From assembly GCA_040954595.2 (NCBI GenBank), contig CM082588.2:3784156-3848155 (forward strand): DNA of 64,000 nucleotides, given 5' to 3'. The notes under the pieces were generated by a model. That model made no database searches, was not told where the DNA came from, and worked only from the letters and a program-made list of their open reading frames with translations. Source of the stretch: Balanoglossus misakiensis. Taxonomy: Eukaryota > Animalia > Hemichordata. A program made the position numbers and the translations under genes. Shown here one piece after another: positions 1-16,458 of the stretch (position 1 is the stretch's first letter; the number at the start of each line of letters is the position of its first letter).

Positions 1-550
1 TGCTAGCAGAGCAAATCTGGCATATATAAATGAATAAATATGACATTGATTTCACCGTTCTACACCAGTGTTTGGTTGGAAGATTATTGCAAGTGTAAAA
101 CGACCTTACTTGGAATACTGCTGATAAATAGTGTCCTCAAGAGATTAGAAATTGTATTTTGAATTATGCAACCACTTATTTAGGAATGAAGTCACCAGCG
201 TTTAGTGGAAGTAAATGCAACGTGTGTAGTTGACGTACTGACTGCGTGTTTGGAAACGGACGGTGGAACGGATAATTCGATCATGGCGCCATATTCCCGC
301 GTGATTGTCACATCAGAGTCAAACAAATGAGTGATGGTTGATTCGATTGGGAAGAAATTATGATCTCTGGGGAGAAAAAGCGTTATTTACGACGAAGAAT
401 TAAGATCAAGAGAGGGTCATATGAACTGCCCGACGGCAAGGTTTACTCTTTAAACTGCCGTTAGACGTGCCAGACGTCAGGGCATGTTGTCTGTCATTTT
501 TAGCTCCCGCGTGAACACTGGAGCAAATGTTATACCGATGTATATCTCAG

Positions 551-622
551 TGTTTGTTTGTTTGTCTGTCTGTCTGTATGTACGCATGTCTGTCCGCGTA
601 TGCTTGTGTGTTTGTGCGTGTG
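551..622. repeat. Compound low-complexity repeat (TGTT/TGTC/TG)
   Basis: tgtttgtttgtttgtctgtctgtctgtatg...tgtgtgtttgtgcgtgtg. Confidence 0.6.
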
Positions 623-3600
623 TTATCGATATATGAATATCAGAGATACCAGGAAAAGTCCCAGGAAATTGAACGCAAACAAAAGCAATGAACAAATAGA
701 TCAAATTATCGTGGTCAAATAAGAAAATTGCTATTTTTGATAATTAATTTTTCATGTTCCCTCATACATTTGTACATGTATCATTTCCACAGATGCATTG
801 AGAATTCAGGGCGGAGGGGGCAGAAGTAGTAGAGAATGATTATATCGCTAGAGGGCACGTACCAGCCCCTTGTTATCACTGGTATGGAACAAAATCGTCT
901 CCATGCATGTCGTGGTGGGTTAAAACTGATTTCTTGCCCTTTGTTATTCTTCTCAGAATTTCTCTATTATCCGAAGTCGAAACGTCGCCAGAGCGAATCG
1001 CTCATCTTGTCACTGGATCAGCTACGTTATTAAAGACGTCAGAGATTGCTGCGAGATATTAAATATGTATTTCAATGATTTCAATACGGCTGCGACAGGA
1101 TAATCACGGTTGGAACTCAGTTTATGTGGGAAATCCCATATGGGGCATTTCAAATTAAAAGCGGTCTCCAGTTCTTGCATCATGTGTCCCGGTGAACCAT
1201 GGAGATAACAAACGTCAAGAAAACAAAAGAGTTGTCGATGAAGGGCGGGTGGGATCAGGACGTGCCTGGGTACTAGTCGGTTATACGAAAGGACATCAAG
1301 ATTTCATCTCGGCGACGTGCGACATTATTCCGAGCACGATAAGATCGTTTACTTTCGCGGCGTCTTTTGCCTGTAAGTCAGGTGGTCGATTATACAACGC
1401 CAGTAAATGAAACGATGTGTGGTTTAATTTTACACTCGGTGATGTCGCAGCTGTTTGTAGTTAGTTGGGTTAGAAAGGCATGCGTCATAATATGAACGGG
1501 GGGGGGGTGGACTCTGCCGTGGGTTATTGTACAAGGGTTGATTTGGCGAGCATCAGCCCATCCAGGCTTTGGTATGAACGTTCCCTTAAATACAGCCTGT
1601 GTCCTGTCTTAGGAAGTGGAATAAACGCGCAAAACGTGTAATCTATATACCGAATCCCGCTGATAGGTTGGACAGAACCCTGTCGGGCCAATATCGGTGA
1701 CAGAACACGGAGTGACGCAAATCCCACTCTTGCCCCGCGGCATTCAAGTACATTTCCTTGTCGCCCCAAAATGAAACGCATTTATTTCCCCTAAATGAAT
1801 CTATAAAACATGACTATTTTGCCTGGAGACCGTCTAACACAAGGATTAGGCTGTAATGGTGTTATACCAACGTGATAATACGAAATACTTTTTGTGTTTT
1901 ATTATTTACGCTTTTCTGTCTTATTGGGAATAACCAATATTGTCAGATATTTTTTTGCCAGACTTATGTTTTGCTATATTTAGAAATACAGAAAGCGCCC
2001 CACCTAATTAGCTTTGCTCCCTCCTCTTTCATGAACTTCCAGAGTTAGTAACCCCCCCCCCCCTTTCCATTATGTCGTTAATGGCTATGACGGTCGAAGG
2101 AAGACCCCGGAGTTCAACGGATCTGGAGCTGATCCTCCTAACAGACTCACGCCCCGAGGAAATCGAGGTGCAACTTATGATGAACACGCCAGACTACTGG
2201 TAAATCGATAACTGATTTTCTGCCAGTCGCATGAGTAGCGCGTAAACAAGTTGTCATCACTGGGCGAAACTGTCTCCTGTAGGCCTGTTATGGGATAGTA
2301 AAACCAATTATTCTGCTAACGAGTTATTCTCCGCGGATTGAAAGCAATCGGGTACAGCCGAGACCCAATGCAAATAACCAAATCGCAGTCTATTACCTGT
2401 CCCACAAATACGTAAATTACTCTTTGTATCGTATGAAAAGTCTCAGTATACAGACAACTACGTTTCTCGCCTTTCTGACTCTATGTTGCTACACACAGCA
2501 ACTGCGGTGCGCCCTTGAAAGGGCCAAGTTCCGCGGAGACTACACATATCAATCATTTTTGGCAGAGTTCGACGTTTAGCGCAGCGACCGACCGACCGGC
2601 TGGCTGGCTGGCTATCTGCTGATTGATGTTTCTCATTCCTGGAATCACTTATTGGATTCTTAAGATCAACCCCCGCAGGCGTAAATCAATACAGGGGGAC
2701 AAAACTGTGTATTATGTGGGAACTGATCGGGGTGTGTGCACATGTAATTGCGGCAGAAAATATTTGCCTTTGCCAGCTTGGTGAAAATTAGACACATTCC
2801 ACGTGGCAGGAAATTAACACAAACGTCATGACTTCGCGAACAGAAAACAATATACATGTAGGTGATAATTTCGCCTATTTGTTTTAATTAGAATAACATT
2901 TGCTGATCAATGGGTTTGTTCACAATTAAATGTGCATTTTGATATTTGAGGCCTTTTCCTTACAAGTAAAACCAGTGAGTCGAGCGCGACGTGAATGACT
3001 TAGAGACACGCATGGAATATACAACAAGTTGATATAAAATTAAATAACATCAAATACAACCAATAAACTTGTCTGATCTCAGGAAATGTCATTTGGATTT
3101 TCGAACAAGGTCGTAAAGGCCGCTGTAATGAAAATTCGATGGCACTGAATTGTCACATCGACTGAAAATATTGTAGTGTTTACAAATTGGATCCCGCTGC
3201 CAAAATAATAATTACCACACAAAATGTGCGAAATGCTTGTAACGGCACTTTTGAGTTCGATCACAGGAAATCGTTTCTTATGGGCCTTCTATACTTGATA
3301 TGTATGAGGCGAAGGACTTGTACACCGTGGACGATAAAAACTAAACCTCAAAATGACCTCCGATGTCTCCCTATATTTCACAGGATGACGTTTTGGTTCA
3401 TCGGTCCCTCGTCTCTGATTGGCTGCACAATACGAGAAACCGCATAGGAATGGGTTTGCCAGCAAGTCAGAGGTCAGCTGGCTTGCGAATGTGTTATATG
3501 AGAAGTTCCTGGCCAACTTTCGAAAGTACACATAACCGACAGGGAACGTAATTGCCACTTGTCTGAGAGTCGTTCGACTTCCCTGACGGGAGCATAATAA

Positions 3601-5787
3601 CTGCGCTTAGGCTTCAAAGTGAAGGTATATCGTTCCAGGCGTCTAAAATTTAACACGTTTCAAGATTGCTCAAAGTAAGCGGCACGCTTCAGAAGCGCTC
3701 CTCGGCTTAAGGAACAAGTGAGAATTGATTGCTTTTTGTTCCGGTGGGTGTTTTTGTCAATGGCTTGGATGAAAAGAGGCGGGCATTTCACACAACACGT
3801 CGGACCCTTGATACCACGAATATGCACACGATAAAGACCGCCGACAAAAATTAAAACTACCGCCTAATGAAAAATACCCAAACCTCACCGGCTCTGATTT
3901 ACAATCAGCGCGAACAAGCCTTCGAGACTGTTACCAGTTCAGTCACTGATTGATTGCCTTAATTGTCCGTTAATTAAAATCTACCGATGCCATCACGACC
4001 AACGTTTTCAGAAACAAAATGCAATCAATAACATATATTACTATTTAATGACAAAGTATAAATTGACTGAGGCTGTGCTTATTCAGTAACGTCAGTATCA
4101 ATCTCGCCGATACGCAGAATCACGTGGAGAGAGGTGGGGGGGGGGGAGAGGGAGGGAAGAAGGTGACAAGAGAGACATGGTAAATGACTGGAATCCTGAC
4201 AAACAGCTTGTTACACCTGGGCCGACAGAAATACTTCTCTATGAGAAAGAGACAAAGAAACGAACTGTCATTGTAAGACGCAGATGCTCAGGTCACAATC
4301 GATTTCTGATGTCGAGCAAATATTCATATTTGGGGGTCAGAACTCAACGACGAGAATCACTGAACCCTCCGGCAGTCCAATTTAACTCAAAACACTGCCC
4401 AAAGCCCCGTTCCAATTACTCGCCGGGGTTGTAACCAATTTATCAACCATTCTGACCATTTTCTGACCCCGCGTGTTCGTTAATTTTTCTACACAGAAAA
4501 CTTTTTTTTGTTCTCGTTATTTTGAATATTAAACAATCCGCTGCCAAGAACGGTTTTCATTCACCAATCAGAACGCTCAATACTTTGACCAATGACAGCC
4601 ACGGGTAGAATGGCGTACATCTGATCTTTTCAATGAGCGCAGCAACAGAACTTGCAAAGTGTACAAGAATAGAGTATCGGTTGCAATATATATTCTCATT
4701 CCCTAGCCAGAACCCTCACTCCATCATGTCGCGCGTGCGTCTTTTATTGCTAGCCTGAGTGGACAGGCAACTAATTACTAAACCCTGATGGTTGTACATG
4801 GAAACACTGTTCAATCTAAAGCCGCCTTAATTGACTTCAGAGCACTTAATTAAAAATAACGCCCGTGACAGCAGTAAACTGTGAACACGTAATATCTGTG
4901 ATTAAATCCAAATATCCATAACTGTTTGCAGTTTTCGTTAACACGCATGGAAAGAAAATCGATGAATTGAAGGTAATTGAAGATTTATACATTATAATTA
5001 TTAAAAGAAATGTTTGCATATTAGGTAATAATTGCATTGATTGTGATCAAGGTTAAACTAGTAATTGTCCATACTTAATATGTAGTGTTTGGTACAGAAC
5101 ATTTGAAATTTATTATAGGATTTCAATAGTGGAAAATTTCATCTCTTAATAGTGCCGGCCCTCAGTTCAAGATAAGCATTATTATTTACAGGTAATGCAT
5201 GTGTGTAATGGGTCAATTGATGGAAGTGCGTTGCTACGCATTGCGCAATTATTGCTCGTGTAATCTGGAAAAGCAATTGAAACCGGCATACTCGGACATC
5301 GGTATTAAAGGGCGATTTCCCCTCGCGTAATTGTTTTTTTTCTCTGACCTCCTTCGGGTACGTTTGAGACGGTGCGGTGTGATTAGAGAAAACGCTCCCA
5401 CGAGAGAGCTATCTGGGCGGGATGTGACTAGAATCACCGGTTTCTTCGGAAAACAGTTTTTCTCTCATCACCTGGTATTAACACTGGCCGTTTTTCAATT
5501 GGCCGTTTTGTAATTGCCCGTATGATTAGCATGTGGTGTATTACGCCAAACTTTCGCTATTTTCGCTTGGTCACTCGACAACAGAACACCTGCAGTCTAT
5601 TCACGATTGTTATATAACCCACTTTGATATTCTGGACCAGATGTGATTCCTCAACTGACTGGGGACACCAACCTCGATTTAGACAAATATCCGCGCCCCG
5701 TTTCAGAAAATGCAAGCTATTTGATTTTATATACAGCGTAACAGTAGCTATATTAACGTAATGTATTTGGTTCTAGAGTTACGTTCA

Positions 5788-7145
<1,358 letters not shown>

Positions 7146-9440
7146 CTGGAAGAAAATAAAGAAAATGTACATGTATAAACCAGGGAGAAAAATAAGAGTA
7201 ACAGCGTCGTGAGAAAACTATCCAATTAAGTTGGTAACTAACCATTATATTGAGTACCATCGCGAACTTGACATAGCCAGTCTTGGTGATGTAGTACCCA
7301 ATGCTGTGCATGGTGTCATGCGCAATGCTAATTCACGACGCAACATAAAACTGTCACCACGTGAATAGTAAATCACCCATCTTTGGATAATTTGCGTCGG
7401 CCGATTAATGGAATTAAATCCAACGTCAACGAAACGGTGAATCGCAGCGGGCCCCAGACAATTTCAAATCACGTTGGGTGTGGTGGGGTGGGGGTGTGGT
7501 TGAATTATAGCCTTTGGCCACCATCTCAGTTTGACTTTTCTTTTAAAATATGCAGAAAAATAGACCCATTCAACGCACCAGCGCGTCGCGCATGTACAAC
7601 CAGCAGCGGCGCTCGAGTGATGGGGCACAGTCCCTGTGATAGAGGGACTATGGATGGGGTAACAAGACACGCAAGGTCAAATTAATCGAATCATCGGATT
7701 TATTAACGACCCGGCGACAGCGAGTTATGTTGTAACTTATGATACTTCTCGTAATCTCGGGGGTCAAAGGTCAAGCAAAGATGATTTACACTCCATATGG
7801 TTCAACGACGGTGATAATGCAATGTTTCTGATTTGATCAAGCGGTTTCATTGAGTGTGTTGACAGCTAATAAAAATACCCCCATGTCGTATTATTTTACA
7901 ATCAGATACAAATCACCAATTTCGTTTTCACGTATGATTTATTATAATTGCATCCGCCACATTTTATCATCTTATAAATATCACGTACTGAATGCATCTC
8001 GGATATTTGATATTTGATTTCCTTCAGGGGTCAGGGGTCAAAGAAGGGGGTCCCATCATCACTATCGCTTGATGACAGTACATGTGACAAGGTACATTTG
8101 TCACATACTTGCCTGATGATGGGTGGCTCCAAAGAGGACCTTGGCATTTGCATTTGCAAACTCTAAAGTACAGGTGCCCCTCGTGAAGTTGAAGCAAAAC
8201 GACTGGCTGTCAGTGTTGATGAAGCGAAGGTCGATACGTGGTGATGCTAACGTGTACATGTACCTGGATGCGTTTGTCGAAATTCACATTCAACAGAGAC
8301 CGTATGAGAGCGTTAGCTGTGAACATGAAACGGTTTAGTAATGTCTGATTATGACCGGTGAGGCTGACATTATTACGAAGCACCGACAAATCCACGTGCT
8401 GTAATGAGTCACAGCTGGGTGTTTTCTAAAAGAATGAACTTCTGTTTTTCTAAGCTCCTTAATCGTGTTCGCCCGTCATAACGTGTCCCTCGCGCCCACA
8501 TTCAACGCAAGGCATGTCAAAAAACACGACAAAGGATTTTGTGTGTGAGCAGAATGCATTAAGTTTGTAGTGAAATCTTTGGTGCGTGTCATTTGAGCAG
8601 ACGACAAGGGACCTGGCATTAAATAACAAAAGTCCTCACATCAGGCCGAGGCTTATTCGTGTGAACGATTCAAGCCACATCTAAAACATGGCACACCCAG
8701 CTCTTTCCTTGGTCTAGAATAGGTGCAGAGTTTAGCAAAAATGTGGGTTTTGTGCCGTTTAACACGATTGGCCATGTGTTGTTTGTCCTGTGTCACATCA
8801 GAATTATCCTTTCCTACAAATTGCCTCGCCCTAAAACAGTCGCTTCCGTGAGGGTTAACCTTTCCGAGAACCGTTTTTTGAATGTTAAATATTCATAAAC
8901 TTATAGTGCTTTTCCCATGTAATGAAATTTTCACGATAACCCGAGGTTGTTTCACGAGAGAAACTTCTGAATTTTCTATCGCGATCAGAAAGCGAGATTT
9001 CAGTTGCCCGATGTAGACACAAGACGCTATCTTTTATCAGATAAACGACTGGGAACGTAATACGGAAGAACAGTTTTGTATCAAACATCCCTTTCAGCGG
9101 GGCAAGGTGACTTCAACTGTTAACCTGCAGAAACTCAATGTCGTATGTGCTGAGGTTCCCCTGCGCGTGTCGTCGTCAAAACACCTTCTACTGGTGATGT
9201 GATTGCAGCAAGCTTCTCAGGAGACACACGCTACCGGGTGAATCCCTGACAAGGGGTAATCGAAACTGTTGTTATGAAAGCAACTGGGGACTGCAATATC
9301 ATAGAAAGGTTTCCTTCCACGAAGATGTCTGCCAGCGATGGATTTGAGAGTGTGTCGATGTATCAGGTAATGCCGCCACTGCAACTACTTGTCTGGCGTG
9401 CAGATATTCAAAACTGCGAATGAGGTTTTGCCGAGTGTGT

Positions 9441-9600
9441 GAATGATTGAATGAATGAATGATTGAATGAATGAATGAAGGAACGAACGAACGAACGAAC
9501 GAATGAATGAATGAATGAATGAATGAATGAATGAATGAATGAATGAATGAATGAATGAATGAAAACATTGATTGATTGATTGATTGGTTGGTTGGTTGGT
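9441..9600. repeat. Compound tetranucleotide microsatellite (GAAT)n/(GAAC)n/(GATT)n/(GGTT)n
   Basis: Directly visible tandem arrays. Confidence 0.95.
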
Positions 9601-12600
9601 TAACTGACTGATTATCGATCGATTATAAATGATCGGCCTATCCGTCGTTACGAAACATGCAACGCCTTTGAGGTTTAAGAGTTCATCAAGTTTTGAAATA
9701 TATACACACCACACTATGGTGGAAAACATCTAAACCTGACTCAATATGGCCGCCACAACTAAACTGTTTCAGCCATGTAAAGGTATTGGAATAAACCGAG
9801 GCGTACATAAAAGCCTACAAAGCATAAATAAATAACGAACTTAGTGCATTTAATTCCTTTATCCCATCCCCTCAGCGGTAGTTTCCGCACTGACGTAGTT
9901 TGCAACTTGGAAATTGAAAGTTCTAATCGTTCGTTGACGCTTTTCTCCAGGGTAAAAGGCAAGACGATAAATGTCAGGAGCAAGCAAATTAATGAAAAAC
10001 AAGAAACGTTTCGGTGGGGAGTATTTTAAGTGAACCGACATTTGGAATGTTTTTTTCAGCGACTTTTTTACCAAATATTTCTTAGAATTTCATGATCTAA
10101 AGTATCTCGAATTCAGTAAAGCACCGAGGGCTCGCATTCTCTTCGAAACTGCTTCTATGCTGTATTCATTATCTGCCGAGTTTCTAATAAACCCGTCCAT
10201 CGTTAGTTATCGAAGTCTGAGAGTCTCTTGGTAAATTGTATAACATCATTAATCTAACACTCATGAAAATGATACCGGCACAGGACTTGGGGCCCGACGA
10301 GACAGACAATTATCAATGCAAATTGATCAATGAAACTTAGAATCTCGTACAGCAGATGTAATACATCTTTTTTGTCTTTTAGTCAGAACATGTTATTAAT
10401 CTTTTATGCCAAGGGGCTGATTGCTTTTATTTTGAACAAGATATCGAGCTACCGAGCTAAATCTGCTATTTATTAACCTGCGTCTCGTCTGTAAATCATG
10501 AAAATGGCTTGTAAGATGTATTAATTTTGACTACCCAAGATCAGGTCGAGGAAATGTAATTGATTTTTTGCTAAATTGTAATTGATTTTACGCGCTCTGC
10601 AGCTATAGCTGTAACGGTTTGCAGATGGTAAAACGGCGGCCACGTTTGCTTTTTTGGACAACTTCAACCACAGTATTCATGTTTCCCGATTAAAAGAAAA
10701 ACATTATCACGTCGATTTGCTTTCTTTGGCACGGAAACGCATAATAAATCGCTCACCGCTAGCTGGATGTTACACAGCGCATCAGTGCTTTCCGGAACAT
10801 CTCCGACATGTCCGTGTTTGATCACGTCCGACTCGGCAGGCTTCTCAGCGGCGCGACAAGCGGCCGAGACGTGACGGACGTACAAGACACGTTGACTAAG
10901 TTTAAATTAACAGGACTCGAATATTTAACAGAATGAGGCGCGTAAATAGGACACGTGTGCTGCGCATCGCAATCAAGCGATTATAACATCCCCAATCGGT
11001 TACCAATTTTCACTGTGCACAAAGCAAGACTTCTTTTCCGTGAGACACTTTATCGCGTTTTCTATGGGCGTTTTTTATCTGACTTTTCGGCAGTGCACTG
11101 CTTTTATTTATGACGCAGAGATAACAAATTAATGTCTGGGCTATCTCTCAGCCCGATAGCGTTCATAAATCAGGGAAAATTTACAGCCCGAATAGATGCA
11201 AGTAATCAGTGTTTGTGTAGCGAATTTGGGACGCCTGGCTAAAATATGGCTGATCAGAAAACACGTTTAAATGAATCTCTCGAATCATTTATTTCCTGCG
11301 ATTTCTTCCATATCCTGCAATCAGGAAATATGGAGACGACACAGCTTCGTGTATATCGGGGCGTGGAGGTAGCGCCCGTCAAATATAGCAGCTAGATTCT
11401 GACCTCGATTACAGTTAATGGGCTGTATTAACCAGAATGATTATTATTGCAAAGCAGGTGATTATTAGAAATCTGGCGTCTTCGGAGATATAAAATTCTC
11501 TCTATAATTTTATAGAGAAGATTTGCCCGATATCGCCATGGTTTTTGTGCATGCTTCGCAAATGACCATGGCCGACCCCACTTATTCTCCATATAGCACC
11601 TTCTACGGAATGATGATGAATCGTCACGTGATCGTGATTTACCATCTGTCGATTGGCTTACTGGTCAGGTAGATGTATTTAATTAAAATCCTGAAAATTC
11701 AGTTTAAGGGGATATGGACTCCTTGAGACATCGGCACACGGATTACTGTACGTGGATACCCACAACCGATTATATGCAGGCCACGTACTGCATTTCCCCG
11801 CACTTTTCAAAAGTAGTTAATCTACTCCGTTCAGAAATGCATCGACCATGATGTCGGAATACGTTAATATGACACGTTTATGTTACATTTCAATTATAGC
11901 ACACAACCCTCATTGCACAAGACTTATTGGCATTGACAAACTTCCAATTTACGGGAGACAGTGGAACAAGCAATGCACGATTAATCACCGTACTATAGCA
12001 CTCTCAAAGAACCGGGAATGTTATTTTCTTTCCTTTTCCGAGGACTTGCCAATTGTGCTATTGTGTAACAGTCAACTGACATGTGGTTGGCCAATTTGCA
12101 TATCAAACAAGCTATCATCGATATTAACAGTCCCTTTATATATTTACAGTCAATTCACTGTGATATATAAAGAGGCATTCAAAATCGGGCATTCCTTCAC
12201 TTATTTTGTGTTACCCCAGCACTACTTTATTAGAGAAACGTTATTAAGAAATCACACGCTCTGAAATAACTTTCAGAGGCCCATACAGTGATGTTGAGTT
12301 CGATGCATGAGAACATTTACGCCCTACATTAATTTGCAGAACCGACAAAGTGAAGCACTGGGGATGTTGGTCGTCAATTTTGCAGTTGTATAAAAGTGAC
12401 ACCCGCCCCTCTGGGAAGACAGTACATGTACTTTAAACTGAACTGTCTTTCGACGCGCACTGAATGCCGGGTACTATACATATGTAACTCCCCGTTCGGG
12501 TTTGTTTAGGGATTTATATCCATCTACATGTAGATCTGAATTATATGAATGAGGAGCCCAGTCACGTTTCTGTATGAACCCTACAGAGTACTTGGTGATG

Positions 12601-15131
12601 GAATTCATTGATTTGAACACCTTCCCATGCAGTGAGCGTTGGAGAGACGCATTTCATTTCACTAGAATAAAATTAACGGAAGGCGCACCCACTTAACGTT
12701 GCATAACTGGACAGATCAAGAAAACACGCAATGTTCCATCAACCGCTTTGAAATTCATAGCTTCTCTCTGACAAACCCAATCACGTCGGTTGTATCCATT
12801 TAAATCATTCACTTTGTTAGTCAAACATCGCAACAAGCTCGTAAATCTCAATTTCCGCGAAAGCGTAATAGAACAATTGTGTCAATGTTTTTCTTTACGA
12901 ACAATGTCTTCATTAAAATGGTAACAGAAACATTTCCCGTCTCGTTCCAAACCCTTCTAGCAATATCCATTATTTCAGTCCTAGATAAATTTCCATGACA
13001 ACACATATGAAATTAAATCGTTTTCAGAAAATAAAAGTAAAAACTGTTTTGCTAATGAGCAAAATCTGATATTTTCCGGCAGCTCTATTCGTTATGTCGT
13101 CATCTTTTTTCCATCATTTGACCGTAGCTACAAACGACCCCTTTCTCCAAAATGACATAATTTTAAAATCTCTTACGAACAATACTTTCACCGTCTGAAA
13201 CATTTAATTATAGAACCATTAGCGACTCGTATCAATTGCACAACCGAAGTATACAATATAGCTAATCCACTTTCATCTCAACGTTTCAATACATTATGAG
13301 ACAGACATTTTTCGGCGAAATAAATAAATTATGCATTAGACAGAAAAATCAGACACGGCTGATCTAGGAGATAACAACAATAATAATTTGACAATACATG
13401 GAGTTTATCTCTCGGATAAGGTGATATTAACAACTCCTAGTACAATTTATGAACATTATGGTAAAAATGAGTTTTTCTACCCTACGATAAATTGATTTCA
13501 GCGGAGGGGAGAAATTACCCCTAATTATTTCACTTTATGGCAAGCAACTTTCCAGGTTCTGTCACGTGTGGTCGTTTGCCGATTAGACGCGGTGATTGTG
13601 TATCTGATTTAAATCTCTAGCAATCCTAGTTGATGATTGTGCAAGATTTATCTTTATACTTGCCTCGCAGTAAAGGGCGTTGTATGATCAGTTTTGAGGG
13701 CCGTGTGTCTGAGTCTATGCAGGGTGGGATTTTGTGTATACGCATCATTACTGTCAGCACTCCCTGATTAGATTTCGGTCGAGCATCTCAATAACGTCAC
13801 GACCTTCTCTCTTTTCTTTGCGTACTGTGCCCCGTTTCATGAAGGCCACACAGCAGGTTTATCTCTGCACTGCGCAGAATCCGAGAAGAAGCATCGTTTC
13901 GTGGGACACTGAGACTGACCGTTCTAGTTACCTCGCTAATGACAATATCAACGAACCGGGGGAAAAAAGGCCCGTATGACATTTCCATATGAGTGCAGTT
14001 TTGATATTTGATGACTTGGAACGGATAAGACAGACAGAGAAAGAATCTTATCGGACTTGAAATCAGAAATGGATATTTTTTTCTAATAACTAGGTATTGT
14101 GGGTTGGATGCAGGGAACACATTACCGCTGCTTAGATCATGTCGTGATAAGGAAAAGTGGAAATTTATAAATTCAGAAACGATGAGACGAATTCTGCGAA
14201 TGGTGGTATTTGGGAATGAAAATTGAGACACGTGATTCCGCATGAGCGTGCCCTTCCCAACCTTAGTGTTCAGACTGAACGTTTTGTTTGCGATACGATC
14301 CAAGATGGCCGCCAGATGGCCCGTATGACGCACACAAGCAACGGCAAACTGCGTTTTATTGTTATGAACAATATGTCAAGGCGAATGTTCGCGTGACTCT
14401 GCTAACATAAACCCAAGAATACTTTCTGAAGGTCAAAGATATATGTTGGGCAAAACACACAGATATCTGCGAAAGATATGTTTTTTTCAAAGGAGCTGAT
14501 TGACGAAGCCTTGACTTCCATCTGTGACCAGGAGGAGGCAAAGAGAGTCTGATTATAGCTCCTCCTGGTTTGACAAAGTAATAGATGCAGTTCGTGCACA
14601 AGTGCACATCGTACATGCAGTCTTCTACAAGCTCGCAATTTGCCAGAAGTCCCGCAGATGCGCTGTTTGAGAAATCTGGAAACTGCAGACTATTTACACC
14701 CCGGTTGAACAGAGAACAGGAATTAACCATGTATCATTGTCAGATATCGCATCTCAGATAAGTTCCCAGAAATGACACATTGGGCAAAGCCCCCTAATGT
14801 GCTTTTTACAAGCGTCAAAACTGCGGGCGATCTATGTTGAAGCCGATCGGGCGATACGGCAGCAAAGCGATCGGCAACGCTGATACACACTCGCGGCGGT
14901 GTAACACTACGCTGGCGTGCCGGCCCCATCATTTTTCATTTTGACTTAAAACTAGTATTTATTTAGGTCTTTCGAACCCAGATTTCTTTTCAAATGCGCT
15001 CCAATATATCATACTAGTGAAACTAGTATGAAATACGGGAGCACTTTAAAAGTATTATGTAAAATATAGTGTTAATACGCTCTCAAAATCTATTTGTCAA
15101 TATACAGCAATGCGTATGAGACTCTGAGTGG

Positions 15132-15136
<5 letters not shown>

Positions 15137-15215
<79 letters not shown>

Positions 15216-15320
15216 CAGAGAGACAGAGAGACAGACAGACAGACAGCAACGCAGAGAGACAGAGACTGGACAAAGAAAGAAACAGCAATCAGAGAGAGGC
15301 CATCAGAGAGACAGACGCAG
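15137..15320. repeat. (GA)n microsatellite with degenerate GACA/GAGA tail
   Basis: Perfect GA run from about 15137 to 15214, followed by degenerate units. Confidence 0.95.
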
Positions 15321-15884
15321 AGCCGAGTGAAATTATGCTTAATGTGAATACAGTGACACATTCATAACAATCGCGTCCAAAATTAAAATGAAATTTTATC
15401 TGAAAGTAATACATTTATTAAATATGACTTGGCCATCTGTTTCCTGGATCTCAGTGGGAATTTAATGGTAATAGGACAATGTGTACGTATGGGTTGCTCT
15501 AATCCTGCTGGATGCCCTACATTGCTGTCGCTCAAGGTTGGATGACATGCTTTTTATTTCTTTGTGAGCGAGGCTTTTCTTGCGAGGAAATGAGTAGACA
15601 TACAGTGGCACTCTTTTCTGTCGAAGATCACGATGTCAAATACAAGCCAACAATAAGAAACTGTTATTTCAAGTTTGTCTTCATGAAGTGTTAGTCTGTT
15701 TGAATGGCGTCTATGAATGACAGCGAGCGTGATGCGAATAATTATGTTTTTGTTATCTGATGAGAACTTATCCCTTTCATCGCCTTTCTGAAAAGATTTT
15801 TTTTTCTCGCGTTTTAATGAAAGAATGCACATTAACGTCATAATGAAGCGCATATCAGTTGAAGGCACGTCTTCAGATGACCCT

Positions 15885-15949
15885 TGTACTGTACTGTACT
15901 GTACTGTACTGTACTGTACTGTACTGTACTGTACTGTACTGTACTGTAC
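15885..15949. repeat. (GTACT)n pentanucleotide microsatellite, about 13 copies
   Basis: Directly visible. Confidence 0.95.
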
Positions 15950-16395
15950 GTATTTCCGCAAAAAAACAGAGAATATTTGTCAATATTTTGGAGTGAACGT
16001 GCACACTTTTGAGTGTGAAACTTTTTGAAATATAATCATCCTATATAACGACAACCTTTGAGTTTGATTCATATCTCAGGATTTTGAAGAAAAATGTGTA
16101 TTTCTGACAATCCGTGGGTTTTGTCATATTAATGGCAACGCATTGTAATCCCTTGATCAATCTCCGATTTATCTGGGGAAAAAATAATTCACTACTAATC
16201 TCTTGACCAATGTCCGATTTATCTGACAAGATAATGTACTAATCCGTATACACAAACGCAATCCAGCTGATACATGGGTGTAAATGATGTCTTAAACTGT
16301 ACAGACTGCACACAATGCACTTGACATGACCGACATATGTTCATCGATAATGTAGCAACATGTTTGAACAAGACGACAACGACAGCGGTAGTTGG

Positions 16396-16458
16396 GTGGT
16401 GGTGGTGGTGATGGTTGTGGCGGTGGTGGTGGTGGTGATGATGATGATGATGGCGGTG
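16396..16458. repeat. (GGT)n/(GAT)n trinucleotide repeat
   Basis: ggtggtggtggtggtgatg...gatgatgatgatg. Confidence 0.85.

Noticed and set aside
13797-14730. 178-aa and 122-aa minus-strand ORFs in the non-coding tract
   Set aside because: No domain motifs or evident exon structure; lengths compatible with chance.
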